Part shown: piece after piece, positions 1 to 11,658 of the stretch
Layout of the letters: the number at the start of each line of letters is the position of its first letter
Position numbering within the stretch: the stretch's first letter is position 1
Origin: Mobula hypostoma
Lineage: Eukaryota
NCBI RefSeq assembly: GCF_963921235.1
Contig: NC_086118.1
Location: 13,084,001-13,148,000, forward strand
Direction of reading: 5' to 3'
Length of the DNA: 64,000 nt
Translations under genes and position numbers: made by a program
Notes under the pieces: generated by a model
The model's database searches: none
Seen by the model: only the letters and a program-made list of their open reading frames with translations
What the model was told of the DNA's origin: nothing

Positions 1-169
1 ACAGCACCGTCGGATTACCCAATGCGAGATGCTGCCAATGCAAAGATCAGAGGGTTCCAGCGGGATAGCAAGCTCAATGGAAGCCTCGACCTCAAGCTCA
101 GTGTTGCCATGGATACTCTGTTGGATGGGTGACAAGTGAATCAGAACGAGACAGATGTATCTAACTGCA

Positions 170-282
170 GCAAGACACAAAAAGCTGAAGGAACTTAACA
201 GGTCAGACATGACCCACTGAGTTCCTCCAGTGTTGTATGCGTTGCCCCAGATTCCCAGAATCAGCAGTCTCTTGTGTCTCCT
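170..282. mobile_element. Degenerate head-to-head (palindromic) Penelope-terminus fragment
   Basis: caagacacaaaaagctgaaggaactt... followed by its approximate reverse complement ...ctgagttcctccagtgttgtatgcgttg; same family as 52775-52915. Confidence 0.55.
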
Positions 283-1384
283 TCTGAATTATCAATAAAT
301 GATAGCATCATGTTTCCAGCCTGCAAGATCAGGAAGATGCAAAGTGTGGCCGCATTTCGTGATCAGAATTGTGCCAGGAGTCGAAGATATGGACAGACTG
401 ATACAATGGGCAGACAGAGAATAGGTAGGTGTGAACTGATGAGCTTAGGATGAAGAACAGTATGTATAAATGAACTAATTTAATAGGAGTCCAAGAGCTT
501 AGAGCTTTGATGATACATACTTAAGCATTCTGGACAAGGGTAGGGTAAAATGATGAAGTTTTAGGAAAGTGTATGGATAGTTGCTTTATATAAAATGAAT
601 CTTAAACAGAATGTTTTAAAAGTAAGCAAATTACATTTACCCTTTATAATTCCATGACTAAGTCTCTGTGAAAGTATAACTCTGGGCTTGGAAAGAAGTA
701 TGCTATACTATTGGCAATGGTCTGGAGGGTACCGGCATTTTTTATCGTAGAGGCTGCAAAGGCTGAGATTGTTTTCCTCAAGACAGAGAAGATTAATGGG
801 AGTTTAAAATCGTAAGGGCTTTATCAAGAGCAGATTCAGAGAAACTCATCATTCTTGTAAACGGATTCGTAACAAGAAATTCTATATTGACATAATTGAC
901 AGAGGAAATGGGGGAAAAAGACACATGCAGAACAGAATCGTGGGTTATCCGAAGTTGGAGAATTCAGGATTGAGTTCTGCAGATTGCACCGTGCTCAAAT
1001 CGATTATGTGATGTAATTGGTAATTGGTGTATTCCTGTCAAAGTACTGAGAAAATGTGAAAACACTTTGCCTACCATCCACACATGCATAATTACATTAG
1101 ATAGTACAATAGGAAAATAATCAAAAATTCAGTACATTGTGCTTTCCTCAAGTCTGCATTGGGCCTTAATGTAAGAATACAGAGGCCACAGACAGACAAG
1201 ACAAAGAGGGAATTTGGACTTTGACTGGTCATTTCTGCCCATCACAATCACTTTGCCTCAGGTTTTCTGTCATATTATTTTTTTTTTAATTTAGTTTAAA
1301 CTAGTTTACTGTGCATGGGATACACCCTTACCCTTGTTCCACAGAAGAATCTGATTTTAACACATCCCTAAATTGGTAAATTAG

Positions 1385-1805
1385 TACGTAGGTTTATTAC
1401 TGACACATGTATTGAGATACAGTGAAAGATCATTGTTTCTCTTGCCATCCGTACAGATCATTTCATCATATTAGTACTGTACATCAAGGTAGAACAAGGG
1501 AAAAACTTACAGAATGCAGAATAAAGTGTTACAGTTACAGAAAAAGTGCAGTACAGGGCATGAGGAAGTAGACTATGATACCTAAATTCTACCTTATGTT
1601 ATTAAGTAACCATTCAATAGTCTTATAACAGCAGAATATGAGCCTGGTGGCATGTGCTTTCAGACCATCAGAGTTTTGTATCTCCTGCGTCATTTGTCCA
1701 ATGGGAGTGTGGTAGGAGGGAGAAGAGAGAATCTGTTGGGTAGATGGTGTCTTTGATGATATTTTACTGAGGCAGCTTGAAATACAAACGGAGTTTCTGG
1801 AGGGG
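1385..1805 (-). mobile_element. Degenerate 3' end of a Rex1/Babar-type LINE or derived SINE
   Basis: ggtttattactgacacatgt... tail signature; minus-strand CCYKTIEWL segment matches the copy at 53595-54010. Confidence 0.55.
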
Positions 1806-1809
1806 AGCA

Positions 1810-1992
1810 ATGTAACAGCCTCAGTACAGTCAGATTATGACTATAGAATGTAATAGCGTCATTACAGTCAGATTATGACTATAGAATGTAACAGCGTCAT
1901 TACAGTCAGATTATGACTATAGAATGTAACAGCCACATTACAGTCAGATTGTGACTATAGGATGTAACAGCCTCATTACAGTCAGATTATGA
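1810..1992. repeat. 38-bp minisatellite, ~4.8 copies
   Basis: Unit ATGTAACAGCCTCATTACAGTCAGATTATGACTATAGA repeats at 1810, 1848, 1886, 1924 and 1962. Confidence 0.95.
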
Positions 1993-2108
1993 TGAGGCAA
2001 TGTAACTGCTACATATAGTCTCACCTTATCAGAGGCATTCACTTCTCATACCTTCTGTGCTACTAAACTATATTTTGTTTATACCTTTACCAGTTCTGAT
2101 GAATAGTC

Positions 2109-3093
2109 TGTTATTGTTATCGTTCAGTTGTTAAGTTGAGTCCAACTCTTCATGACCTCATGGTCTCCTACACACCAAGCCTTCTTGTTGGAAGCTGCCT
2201 CTCTCAGATCTCCCAAGGTCATACATATTGTCTGAGTAATATCATCCACTTCTTTTACCTTCTGTTTTACCCAACATGAGAGTCCTCTACAAGGAATCCT
2301 GTCTTCTCATGATGTGGACAAAATATTTAAGCTTTTGTCTCATAATCGAGCCTTCTAGTGAGCAGTCTGGCTGTATTTCTTCAAGTATTGACTTGTTGGG
2401 TCTTCTTTCTGGCCAACAAACTCTGACCACTTTCCTCCAGCATCCACGTTCAAAGGCGTCGATTCTTTTGTATTCAGCCTTACTGATAGTCCAGCTCTCA
2501 CAGCCATACATCACAACTGGAAATACCATACACATGACTTTATGAATCTTCATAGGCAATGTTAAGTCTCTGCTCTTCAGTATTTTATCTAAATTTGCCA
2601 TTGCTGCCCTTCCCAGAAGTAAGTGCCATTTAATTTTGTGGCTGCAGTTACCATCAATAGAAATCTTTGAACTGAGGAAGGCAAAATCCATCACTGTTTC
2701 CACTTCCATTCCATTTCATTACCATGGAGTTAATAGAGCTGGTCGACATAATCTTGGTTTTCTTAATATTGAGCAACAAGCCAGCTTTTGCCCTTTCTTC
2801 TTTCACCTTGATTAGATGCTTCCTCAGATCCTCCTCACTCTCAGCCATTAGAGTGGTAGCATCTGCATATCTGAGGTTGTTAATATTTTATCCGGCAATT
2901 CTGATTCCAACATTTGAGTCTTCTAGACTAGCACTCCTCATGATGTGTTCAGCATATAGATTAAATAAGTAGGGTGACAGTATGCAGCCTTGCCGTACTC
3001 CTTTCCCAATCTTGAACCAAATTGTTGTTCCAAGTTCAGTTCTAACTGCTGCTTCTTGATCTTTGTACAAGTTTCTCATAAGACGGAACAGCT
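2109..3093 (-). mobile_element. 5'-truncated RTE-clade LINE, BovB-like (RT C-terminal half plus 3' tail), disabled
   Basis: Broken ORFs 2888-3079, 2654-2848 and 2287-2709 give GVRQGCILSPYLFNLYAE, NINNLRYADATT, MAESEE..KVKEE.AKAGLLLNIKKTKIM and MVFPVVMYGCESWT. The minus-strand end gaagagttggactcaacttaacaactgaac resembles the BovB 3' end. Confidence 0.9.
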
Positions 3094-3194
3094 GACTGCT
3101 GATTAAATGTTACTTCTTCTGCTGATGCTGACTGATCTGTTGAGTGTTATGGTATTTTCTATTTTTATCATAAAAGACAGTTTGAAAATTGATT

Positions 3195-4026
3195 TAAATA
3201 GGATGATAGTACAGAGGAACTATTGCAGGGGGCAGGGTTTCAGGTGATTGGATAATTGGAACCTTTTTCTGGGGCAGGTTGACCTGCACAGGAGGGATGG
3301 GTTGTATCTAAACTGGAGGGGAACTAATATCCTGGCTGGCAGATCTGCTATTGGTACTTGGGAGGGTTTAAACTAGTTTGGCAGGAGGATGGGAAACAGA
3401 ACACTAGGTCAGAAAGAGGAGGAAAGAGGAGGAAAGGAGAGGAAGGAAGTTGTCAGGGCCAATAAAATAAAGCAGGAGATAAGTAAAAGATATGATGGGA
3501 CAGGCAGTTTGAAGTGTGTGTATTTTAATGCTAGGAGAGTGATGGGGAAAAGGTGATGAACTTAGAGCATGCATCAGTAGTAAGATGTTGTGGCCATACA
3601 GAGACTTAGCTGAGAGAAGTACGGGAATGGGTGCTTAAGGTTCCAGTTTTTCAATGTTTTAGAAAAGGTAAAGAAGCAGGTAAAGAGAGGTGAAGGTTGC
3701 ACTACTAATCAGGGACAATATCACAGCTGCATTCTGAGGGGACATAATGGAGTGCTCATCAACTGAGTCTATATGAGTAGAACTCAAAAATAGGAAGAGT
3801 GTAAATACTCTGATGGGGCTATACTACAGACCCCCCAATAGCCACTGGGACATTGAGGAACAGATATGCAGGCATTTAAGAAAAGGTGTAAAAAAACCAT
3901 AGAGTTGTTGTTATGGGGGACTTCAACTTCCCGAATATATTAACTGGGACCTTCTAAGTGTAAAAGGCTTAGATGGGGTAGAATTTGTAAGGTGCATCCA
4001 GAAGGATTTCTCAAATAAACATGTGG
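3195..4026 (+). mobile_element. CR1 LINE copy A, part 1: ORF1 esterase C-terminus and ORF2 endonuclease, decayed
   Basis: RDGLYLNWRGTNILAGR...GLN* then LKCVYFNAR, LYYRPPNS, VVMGDFNFP; colinear with the CR1 at 56010-58640. Confidence 0.85.
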
Positions 4027-6287
4027 GCAGAGCTACGATGGCACTAGAGAGTGGCTTCTTTTGGCTCATCTGTAGAAAGAGATTAATTGCTAATTTTAAT
4101 GTTTTATTTTCATTTTCAAGGTAGATGGGGTTCAAAGTCCTTGACCTACAGCTCCACTCAGAGTTTGGTTCTTTACAGCAATGGTTCTCACTCCCAGGGC
4201 TCACTGACTGGCAGTTTTGCGATATCCCAAAGACGCGACCTAGAAGATGAGCGCATCCTCAGGGTGCTGAGGCTCTGCAGCTCTGGGTAAGAGCCAGTTC
4301 CATACCGGTGTCACTGACTGAGGCATTGTGGCAGAAAATAGAGTATCATGAACAGCAGATCAGCTGTTAGAAACCTCTGTACTCGAATCTCTCTCTCTCT
4401 TTCTCTCATTGGCGAGGAGAGTTTGTTGCCAGTTCTCGAGCTGGAGAACTCAGAAGAAAATTAACACATTAACATCGTAACAGCAAATTAACACATTAAC
4501 AGCGAGATTTTTGTTTTGTCTTGTTAGACTCTGATCTTGCTGTGTGACACCTCTCAATCCTCTTTATTAGGGCGAAAGCGAGCACATGGGTGAATGATTC
4601 GTTTCTGTTGTACTGCAGATCATGGTCTCCCTTGAAGACTTTGCTATTGCTTGCTTGGTAGGTGACAGGTGATGATGCTTTTTGCTGAAGTAAGTGGGAG
4701 AGTGGGTGGGCCCATACTTTGCGGTTACTTGTGTATAGAAACATAGAAATATAGAAAATAGGTGCAGGAGTAGGCCATTCGGCCCTTCGAGCCTGCATCG
4801 CCATTTATTGTGATCATGGCTGATCATCCAACTCAGAACCCCACCCCAGCCTTCCTTCCATACACCCTGACCCCCGTAGCCACAAGGGCCATATCTAACT
4901 CTCTCTTAAATATAGCCAATGAACTGGCCTCAACTGTTTCCTGTGGCAGAGAATTCCACAGATTCACCACTCTCTGTGTGAAGAAGTTTTTCCTAATCTC
5001 GGTCCTAAAAGGCCTCCCCTCTATCCTCAAACTGTGGCCCCTCGTTCTGGACTTCCCTAACATTGGGAACAATCTTCCTGCATCTAGCCTGTCCAATCCC
5101 TTTAGGATTTTATACGTTTCAATCAGATCCCCCCTCAATCTTCTAAATTCCAATGAGTACAAGCCCAGTTCATCCAGTCTTTCTTCATATGAAAGTCCTG
5201 CCATCCCAGGAATCAATCTGGTGAACCTTCTTTGTACTCCCTCTATGGCAAGGATGTCTTTCCTCAGATTAGTGGACCAAAACTGCACACAATACTCCAG
5301 GTGTGGTCTCACCAAGGCCTTGTACAACTGCAGTAGTACCTCCCTGCTCCTGTACTCGAATCCTCTCGCTATAAATGCCAGCATACCATTCGCCTTTTTC
5401 ACCGCCTGCTGTACCTGCATGCCCACTTTCAATGACTGGTGTATAATGACACCCAGGTCTCGTTGCACCTCCCCTTTTCCTAATCAGCCACCATTCAGAT
5501 AATAATCTGTTTTCCTATTTTTGCCACCAAAGTGGATAACTTCACATTTATCCACATTAAATTGCATCTGCCATGAATTTGCCCACTCACCCAACCTATC
5601 CAAGTCACTCTGCATCCTCTTAGCATCCTCCTCACAGCTAACACTGCCACCCAGCTTCGTGTCATCCGCAAACTTGGAGATGCTGCATTTAATTCCCTCA
5701 TCCAAGTCATTAATATATATTGTAAACAACTGGGGTCCCAGCACTGAGCCTTGCGGTACCCCACTAGTCACTGCCTGCCATTCTGAAAAGGTCCCGTTTA
5801 TTCCCACACTTTGCTTCCTGTCTGCCAACCAATTCTCCATCCACATCAATACCTTACCCCCAATACCATGTGCTTTAAGTTTGCACACTAATCTCCTGTG
5901 TGGGACCTTGTCAAAAGCCTTTTGAAAATCCAAATATACCACATCCACTGGTTCTCCCCTATCCACTCTACTAGTTACATCCTCAAAAAATTCAATGAGA
6001 TTCGTCAGACATGATTTTCCTTGCACAAATCCATGTTGACTTTGTCCAATGATTTCACTGCTTTCCAAATGTGCTGTTATCACATCTTTGATAACTGACT
6101 CCAGCAGTTTCCCCACCACCGATGGGATAGGAGGTGGGGGGGCTTTGGGGTTCTAATATTTTTACTGCTACTCATTCTTTGAGGCACTCTTTTGTTTTCA
6201 TGAATGTCTGTGAAGAACAAGAATTTCATGTTGTACATTGTATACATTCTCTGATATTAAATTGAACTATTAAGTATACTACTGAAG
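4027..6287 (+). mobile_element. Non-coding retroposon (SINE-like) inserted into CR1 copy A and itself interrupted by a young CR1
   Basis: Starts gagctacgatggca, ends ...tgtatacattctctgatattaaattgaact. Its 3' part is shared with 6904-7293, and the CR1 frame resumes after it. Confidence 0.6.
4733..6122 (-). mobile_element. Young 5'-truncated CR1 LINE (RT plus C-terminus), one premature stop
   Basis: ORFs 5484-6119 and 4833-5468 are in the same frame, split only by one TGA (likely CGA>TGA). Motifs QHGF, YLDFQKAFDKV, GVPQGSVLGP, KFADDTKL, RPHLEYC; tail tagaaacatagaaatatagaaa. Confidence 0.95.
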
Positions 6288-7755
6288 ATAATCCAACAAG
6301 AGGAGGGGCTGTACTGGACATGATGTGGATAGTGAGTAGGGTCAAGTAATCGACCTTTCGGTGGGTAGGCAGTGAGGTAACAGTGACCACAAATCGTTAA
6401 GTTTTAAAACAGCTATAGATAAGGATCACAATGGACATTGTGAGAAAGTATTAAATTGGAGCAGGGTGAATTACAAGAGTATTAGGCGGGAACTAAGGAG
6501 AGTTAATTGGAAAGAGCTGTTTTTGGGCAAGTCCACATCTGATATGTCGAAGCTGTTTGAAGACCACTGTACAGAGTACAGTAATGTTCCAGTAGGAAGG
6601 AAGCACCAGGATGACAGGTTAAGATAACCTTGGATATCAAGAGAAGTGATGAATTTAGTCAAGAAGAAAAAGGAAAAGTACGTACAGCTTAGGAAGCTAG
6701 AATCAAACAGTGCAGTTGACAACTATGCAAAAGCCAGTAAAGTATTCATGAAAGGAATTAGGAAGGCCAGGCGGGGCCATAAAAAGTCCTTGGTAAGTTG
6801 GATTAAAGAGAATCCCAAGGCAGTCTAGACATAAGTCAAAAGCAAGAAGATAGCTAGGGAGAGTGTAGGACCAATCAAGGTTAAAGGGGGGAATATTTGC
6901 TTTGGTGCTTGCAAATGGGGGACGCCTCCCTCTCCCTTGCCAGGGAGAGAGAGAACCTGTGGGTTGTCGAATTTCAGATGAAATGCGAAGCTTTTGGGGT
7001 AACTTTGGTCTGTGTCTTTGCTATTGCTTAGCACACACTTGAGCTCAGTGATGGTACCGATGTGCATTTATTTTTGCTGGTGGGGGAAGGGGGATCGTCG
7101 CTTGCTGCTGTTTGCGCACGAGAGGGGGGAGCTGGGAGGGACTTTGGGGTTTTCATGTTTAACTGTCATTCATTCTTTAGGGCCTTTCTCTGTTTTCATG
7201 GATGTTTGTGAAGAAAAAGCATTTCAGGATGTATATTGTATACATTTCTCTGACATTAAATTTGAACTTTTAACCTTTGAACTTTTGAACCTTGATGTGA
7301 AGATTGTGGATGAGGTTCTTAATGAGTAACTTCCATAATATTTACCAAGGAGAAAGACAAGGGGGATAGGGAGATCATTGGTGCTAGTGCATTTAAAGGT
7401 AAACGAGGAGGTAGTGTTGGGTACCTTAAAGAACGTTGATGTGGATGTCCCCAGGGCCTGATAGGATATACCCCAGGTTACTGGGGCATTGACCAATGTC
7501 TTCATGTCCTCTCTAGCTACAAGGGAAATCTTGAAGGAGTGCTGTGAGTTAATGTTGTTCCATTATTCCAGAAGAAAACATGGGAGAATCCTGGAAGCTA
7601 TAGACTGGTGAGTCAGAGATCAGTGACAGGGAAGTTACTGGAGAGAATTCTCAGGAATAGTATTTATGAGCATTTGGGAAAAATGCTTAATTAGGGAGAG
7701 CCTGCACAGCTTTGAGCAGAGCAAATTATGTCTTACTAACTTGATTGGATTTCTT
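6288..7755 (+). mobile_element. CR1 copy A, part 2 (EN end, linker, RT start), interrupted at 6904-7293
   Basis: NPTRGGAVLD..., SDH, IKENPKA, YRLVS, KLCLTNLIGF; many stops and frameshifts. Confidence 0.85.
6904..7293 (+). mobile_element. 5'-truncated non-coding retroposon, same family as 4027-6287
   Basis: Shared 3' ~130 bp and a (TTTGAAC)n-like tail. Confidence 0.7.
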
Positions 7756-7919
7756 TCAAGTTCAAGTTCAAGTTTATTGTCATTCAGTTGTGCACATGTC
7801 TACTGCTAAAAGAGAAAACATTCCTCCAGCCCAAGATGCATAACAGAGTATATGTAACTCACAGACATAACATGTAGTTGAATATTACCACAAATAAATT
7901 AACAAATAGTAAGGTGCAT
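7756..7919 (-). mobile_element. Rex1/Babar-type 3' end, first part; continues at 16548-16670 after the provirus
   Basis: (TTCAAG)3 tttattgtca tail; the continuation gggagttcaataat...actgcctgggg resembles the reversed FFPQAVRLLN end. Confidence 0.65.
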
Positions 7920-7960
7920 TATGACAGGGTCCTGAATTACCCCTATGAACTGTGCTTTTG

Positions 7961-7995
<35 letters not shown>

Positions 7996-8756
7996 ATTTA
8001 ACACCGACATCTTGTTTTTATGAGCGAGAGAGATAAAGACAGCTTTGGATGAGGTTATGGGTTTTCTGCAGCATGTTTACATTTCTACAAGGATGTTGCC
8101 TGCTTGGAAATTCTGACAGACAGAGAAGGGAGGAGCTGTTTGAGTGACAGTTGGTATTTAGCACGGTGAGATAAATAGAAGGTCAGATTATAAACGGACA
8201 GACACATGGTTTTGGACACTGAATGAGCTTTGTTGTGCCCACAGAAAAAGTGGGTTTTGGAGGATCGATCAGGCAGATTAATCAGTAGCTCTTGCAGTGT
8301 GAAAAGGGCGTGACTGATGGGGAGTTATTTGAGTGTCCAACCCTCGCCTGGGTTGATAATTCCACCACAGAAGAACAGTCTCCTTTGTTGTGGTCACAGT
8401 CGGTGACTTCTAAAGGGTTTCGGAGGACAACGGGAAGATCAACGACGTCAGCTCACTTGAAGACTCAAATCTCTCCCTCTCTCTCTCTCCATCACTACTC
8501 AACTCAATACCACGAATTGAACTGAACTTTACTCATCATCGTAAGACTATCTATTTATCCCTAGACTGGAAGAAGCTTGATTTTCATATATTTCCACACT
8601 TATATATTCATTGATAACACTGTTTGATTTATCTGCATTTATATTACAGTACTGTATTACATAGTTACTAATAAATACCGTTAGTTAATAGCAATACTGG
8701 ACTCCAACGTGCTTTCCATTTCTGCTGGTTCTTTAACCCATCCCGGGTTCCTATCA
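7920..8756 (+). repeat. 5' LTR of the Gmr1-type element
   Basis: Direct repeat of 15706-16543; start mutated from TGTGACG to TATGACA, ends CA; AATAAA near 8672. Confidence 0.93.
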
Positions 8757-8760
8757 AAAT

Positions 8761-8778
8761 TGGGGCCTGCACCCGTAA
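8761..8778 (+). promoter_or_regulatory. Degenerate primer-binding site, probably tRNA-Pro type
   Basis: tggggcctgcacccgtaa 4 nt after the LTR; resembles TGGGGGCTCGTCCGGGAT. Confidence 0.5.
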
Positions 8779-8860
8779 TATGAACAAATTGTGTGAGAGG
8801 CTTGTTTGAATTGACTGGGGAAAATCCCTTTTGATTTGGTTGTGTGGAAGAACAGCAGAA

Positions 8861-9900
8861 ATGGATGTTAGGAAATTTCTGGCATCGCCAAACCCTGTGG
8901 TCTTGAAGAGAGCTAAAAAGGATGAGTTGCGGACAATTGTTGAGGTATTGGAACTTAAGACAGTAAAGAAGGGTATGACTAAGCTAGTAATTCAAAGAAA
9001 AATAGTTGAATATTATATTTCGAAGAAGCAATTTCCTGAGGATGTGTTGGAAATGTTTGCTGAAGGTAGAGTACTTACTGAGGCTGAGCTTCAGCTTCAG
9101 CTGGAAAAATTAAAAATGGAGCATGAGTTGTAACGGAAACAGCTTGAGGCTAGAGAGGCAGACAAATGGAGAGAAGAAGCAGGATGACAGAGGCAGTTTG
9201 AGAGGGAGATGTGGCAGCTGAGAGGTTCAGTGTTGGACCCTGATGATTTTTACAGCTTGGAAGAGCTTGTTTTGTTTGATGAATTTAAAAGTTGTGTCCC
9301 CTATGATTTAAGGACTTACCTAGATAAAGAGGGTGCCGCCACCCTGCGGGGGTCTGCTAAGAAAGCAGACAAAGTTGTTTTAACCCACGAGGTTGAGTTT
9401 ACTCCAGTTGAGAGTTTCCCAGAGAGTAGCTGGGAGGTTCGCGGTGACCTTGACTTTGAAACTGGGACAAGTGATGAAAGCCCAGAAGAGGCAGCTGTCC
9501 CGATTGCCTGTGTTCAGGTTGGTGAAGTACCTGTGAATTCACAGGGTACTGAACCTTGTGTTGAAACTCAGTTAAGGTCTGAGGTGTCTGACTTGGTTGG
9601 AAAGGAATGCAGTTCTTTTGCGTCAGATGGTTTTGGTTCAGTGAATAATGGGTTAACCTTGGTACCAGTGGAAACTGAGGATTCTCAGTCACTTGTATTA
9701 GACAGTGTTCTAAAAGTTAGTGATGAGACAAAAATTTGTAAGATGTGTTACTGAAAATATCAAGAAAAGGGTTGTTTCTGCACTTCTGAATAAAGTACTT
9801 GTGAACGTTGGATTGGTTTCGTGACCTTTGACCCTGCTTGCAGGACAGCGGCCTGCTGAGGAAGTAAGTGCTACTCTGTTGTATTTTGTTTTCACATTTG
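8861..9900 (+). pseudogene. gag: Gmr1-type gag (N-terminal helical region, partial SCAN-like domain) and dead protease region
   Basis: MDVRKFLASP...KKDELRTI; LEELVLFDEFKSCVP...ADKVVLTH (SCAN-like); F.SDGFGSV...VPVETEDSQSLVL lacks the DTG catalytic motif; stop at 9131-9133. Confidence 0.75.
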
Positions 9901-10114
9901 GAGGGAAACACCTTCAAGGTTATGATGTTATTCACGATGATGTTGTGGAGAAGAAGGAGGATTGTTATGGTTTTGTGGAGACGTCACTGGTGGAAGTTGT
10001 TATGGAGAAAGTTGAAGTAAAGGTCGTAGAAATGAGATAAATGGATTGTTTGGCCTCTTCCACAATGTCCACATGTTTTTTTATAAGTTGGTGATGGTGC
10101 TAAGTTTAGTAAAC

Positions 10115-11467
10115 TGTCAGGGTCCAGATTGGGGTCCCTTTAAATTTACTTTGCTTATGTTACAATCTAGACCATTGACTCCCTGCTTCCCTTTGGTTCC
10201 CTGATTTCCCCTGTCCCTCGGCTTTGATGATTGGAGGCAATTTACTCTCGACTGAAACGGTAGTTTACAGTCTCCAGTTTTCAGCCGTTCGGCGCGAGAG
10301 CATTTGCAAAGTCACCAAAGTACAGTGTGCCAATGTCATCTGGCCGGAGCAAGCCTAGTCTCCGCCCAAAGCAAGTGCCGGTAATTCGCCTTTCCTCACT
10401 GGAGCACCCCTGTCAAGTTACCTCGCCAAAGCGAGCCTGAAAAGTTTCCTCATTGAGGTGGGTCCGTCAGTTAACCTGCCGGAGGGAATCAAGAACCGCT
10501 GTCTACTGTTTCCGGGCCGAGTCGAGGGCTCGCCACTACCTGAAGGCTCTATGTCAAGTCCTGGCTCTGGGGGTATCCAAGTACCAAGTCATGTCCTGGC
10601 CCTGGCAGGATCCAAGTTCTGAGTCAAGTCCCGGCCCTGGCGGCATCCAAGTTCTGAGTCAAATCCTGGCCCTGACGGTCTGTGATTCCTGTCCTACTAC
10701 CCTGTCTTACTACCCTGTCTGAATCCCTTCTCTGCCCCTCTCACCTCTAGCCCTCTCCTGCACTTCGGTCTAGTTCCATCACCAGAGCTAGATAGGTACT
10801 GTCTGGTGTTCATTTGTGTTAGTCTTGTCTTGTCCTCGCCTCCGTGGGGTAAGTCAGGCCGTCTTGCCGTTGCCCCGCGGGGGGTCATGTTCTGTCTTGT
10901 TGTGTCTTGTCCTCGCCTCCGTGGGGTAGGTCAGGCCGTCTTGCCGTTGCTCCGCGGGGGGTCATGAGTCCCGGCCCTATGTCCTGTACCCAAGGAGAGG
11001 TCCCGGCTCTCTGTTCTGAGTGTGAGTCCCAGCCCTATGTCCTGTACCCAAGGAGGGGTCCCAACTCTGTGTGCTGTGTATGTGTCCATGTTTCCATGTA
11101 CCTGCTCAACCAAGACCGAGGCTCTGTTTTTCCATGTTCCTCCTCTCCCTAGCCCATGTCATGTCCATGCCTGGTTCTGGGGTCCGAGCCCAAGGCAAGA
11201 CCCAGGTACTGGGTCCTTGCCCATTCCCTGGCTCGGAGTCCATACCGTAGCCTCTTCATGTCACCTCTAGTTTTGGGGATCCGATTCCAAGTCCTAGTCC
11301 AGACCTTTGTCCCAGCCTAGTCGTAGTCCTGAATCCTTGTCCAGTTCGTTATCCCTGCTTCTGCTTTGCTCTCCTGGTATCAAACAATAAACTAAATTTA
11401 ATTAACCTCACAAGATGTGTCTTGCATTTGGGTCCACCCTTGCTCCCTACGCCCCCCCTTTGTGACA
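10115..11467 (+). repeat. 5' LTR of the nested non-autonomous element
   Basis: Direct repeat of 11659-12908; TATA-like box near 10264; AATAAA at 11386-11391. Confidence 0.93.
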
Positions 11468-11468
11468 G

Positions 11469-11479
11469 AACGCTCTCGC
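11469..11479 (+). promoter_or_regulatory. Putative self-priming PBS
   Basis: AACGCTCTCGC is the reverse complement of the LTR consensus GCGAGAGCGTT (10294-10304, 11845-11855); there is no TGG start. Confidence 0.8.
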
Positions 11480-11658
11480 CAAACGTGGACCCAGCTGACA
11501 CAAATGCTGCTTTTCCAAACTCTTGTCAGCCTGAAAGTCAAGGTGTTGTTGTTCTGTTTTGCCCGCCGGCCAAAACCCCCTCCACCCACCTGGGTCATCG
11601 ATAATACAGGCAAATCTGTTGGTCGCCTGGAGGCTTCCATTGGGGGGGGGGTGGATAA

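Noticed and set aside
1810..1992. CRISPR-like regular repeat
   Set aside because: Units are contiguous with no unique spacers, there are no cas genes, and the context is vertebrate.
4810..5925. Plus-strand ORFs of 230 and 134 aa
   Set aside because: Antisense shadows of the nearly intact CR1 ORF2.
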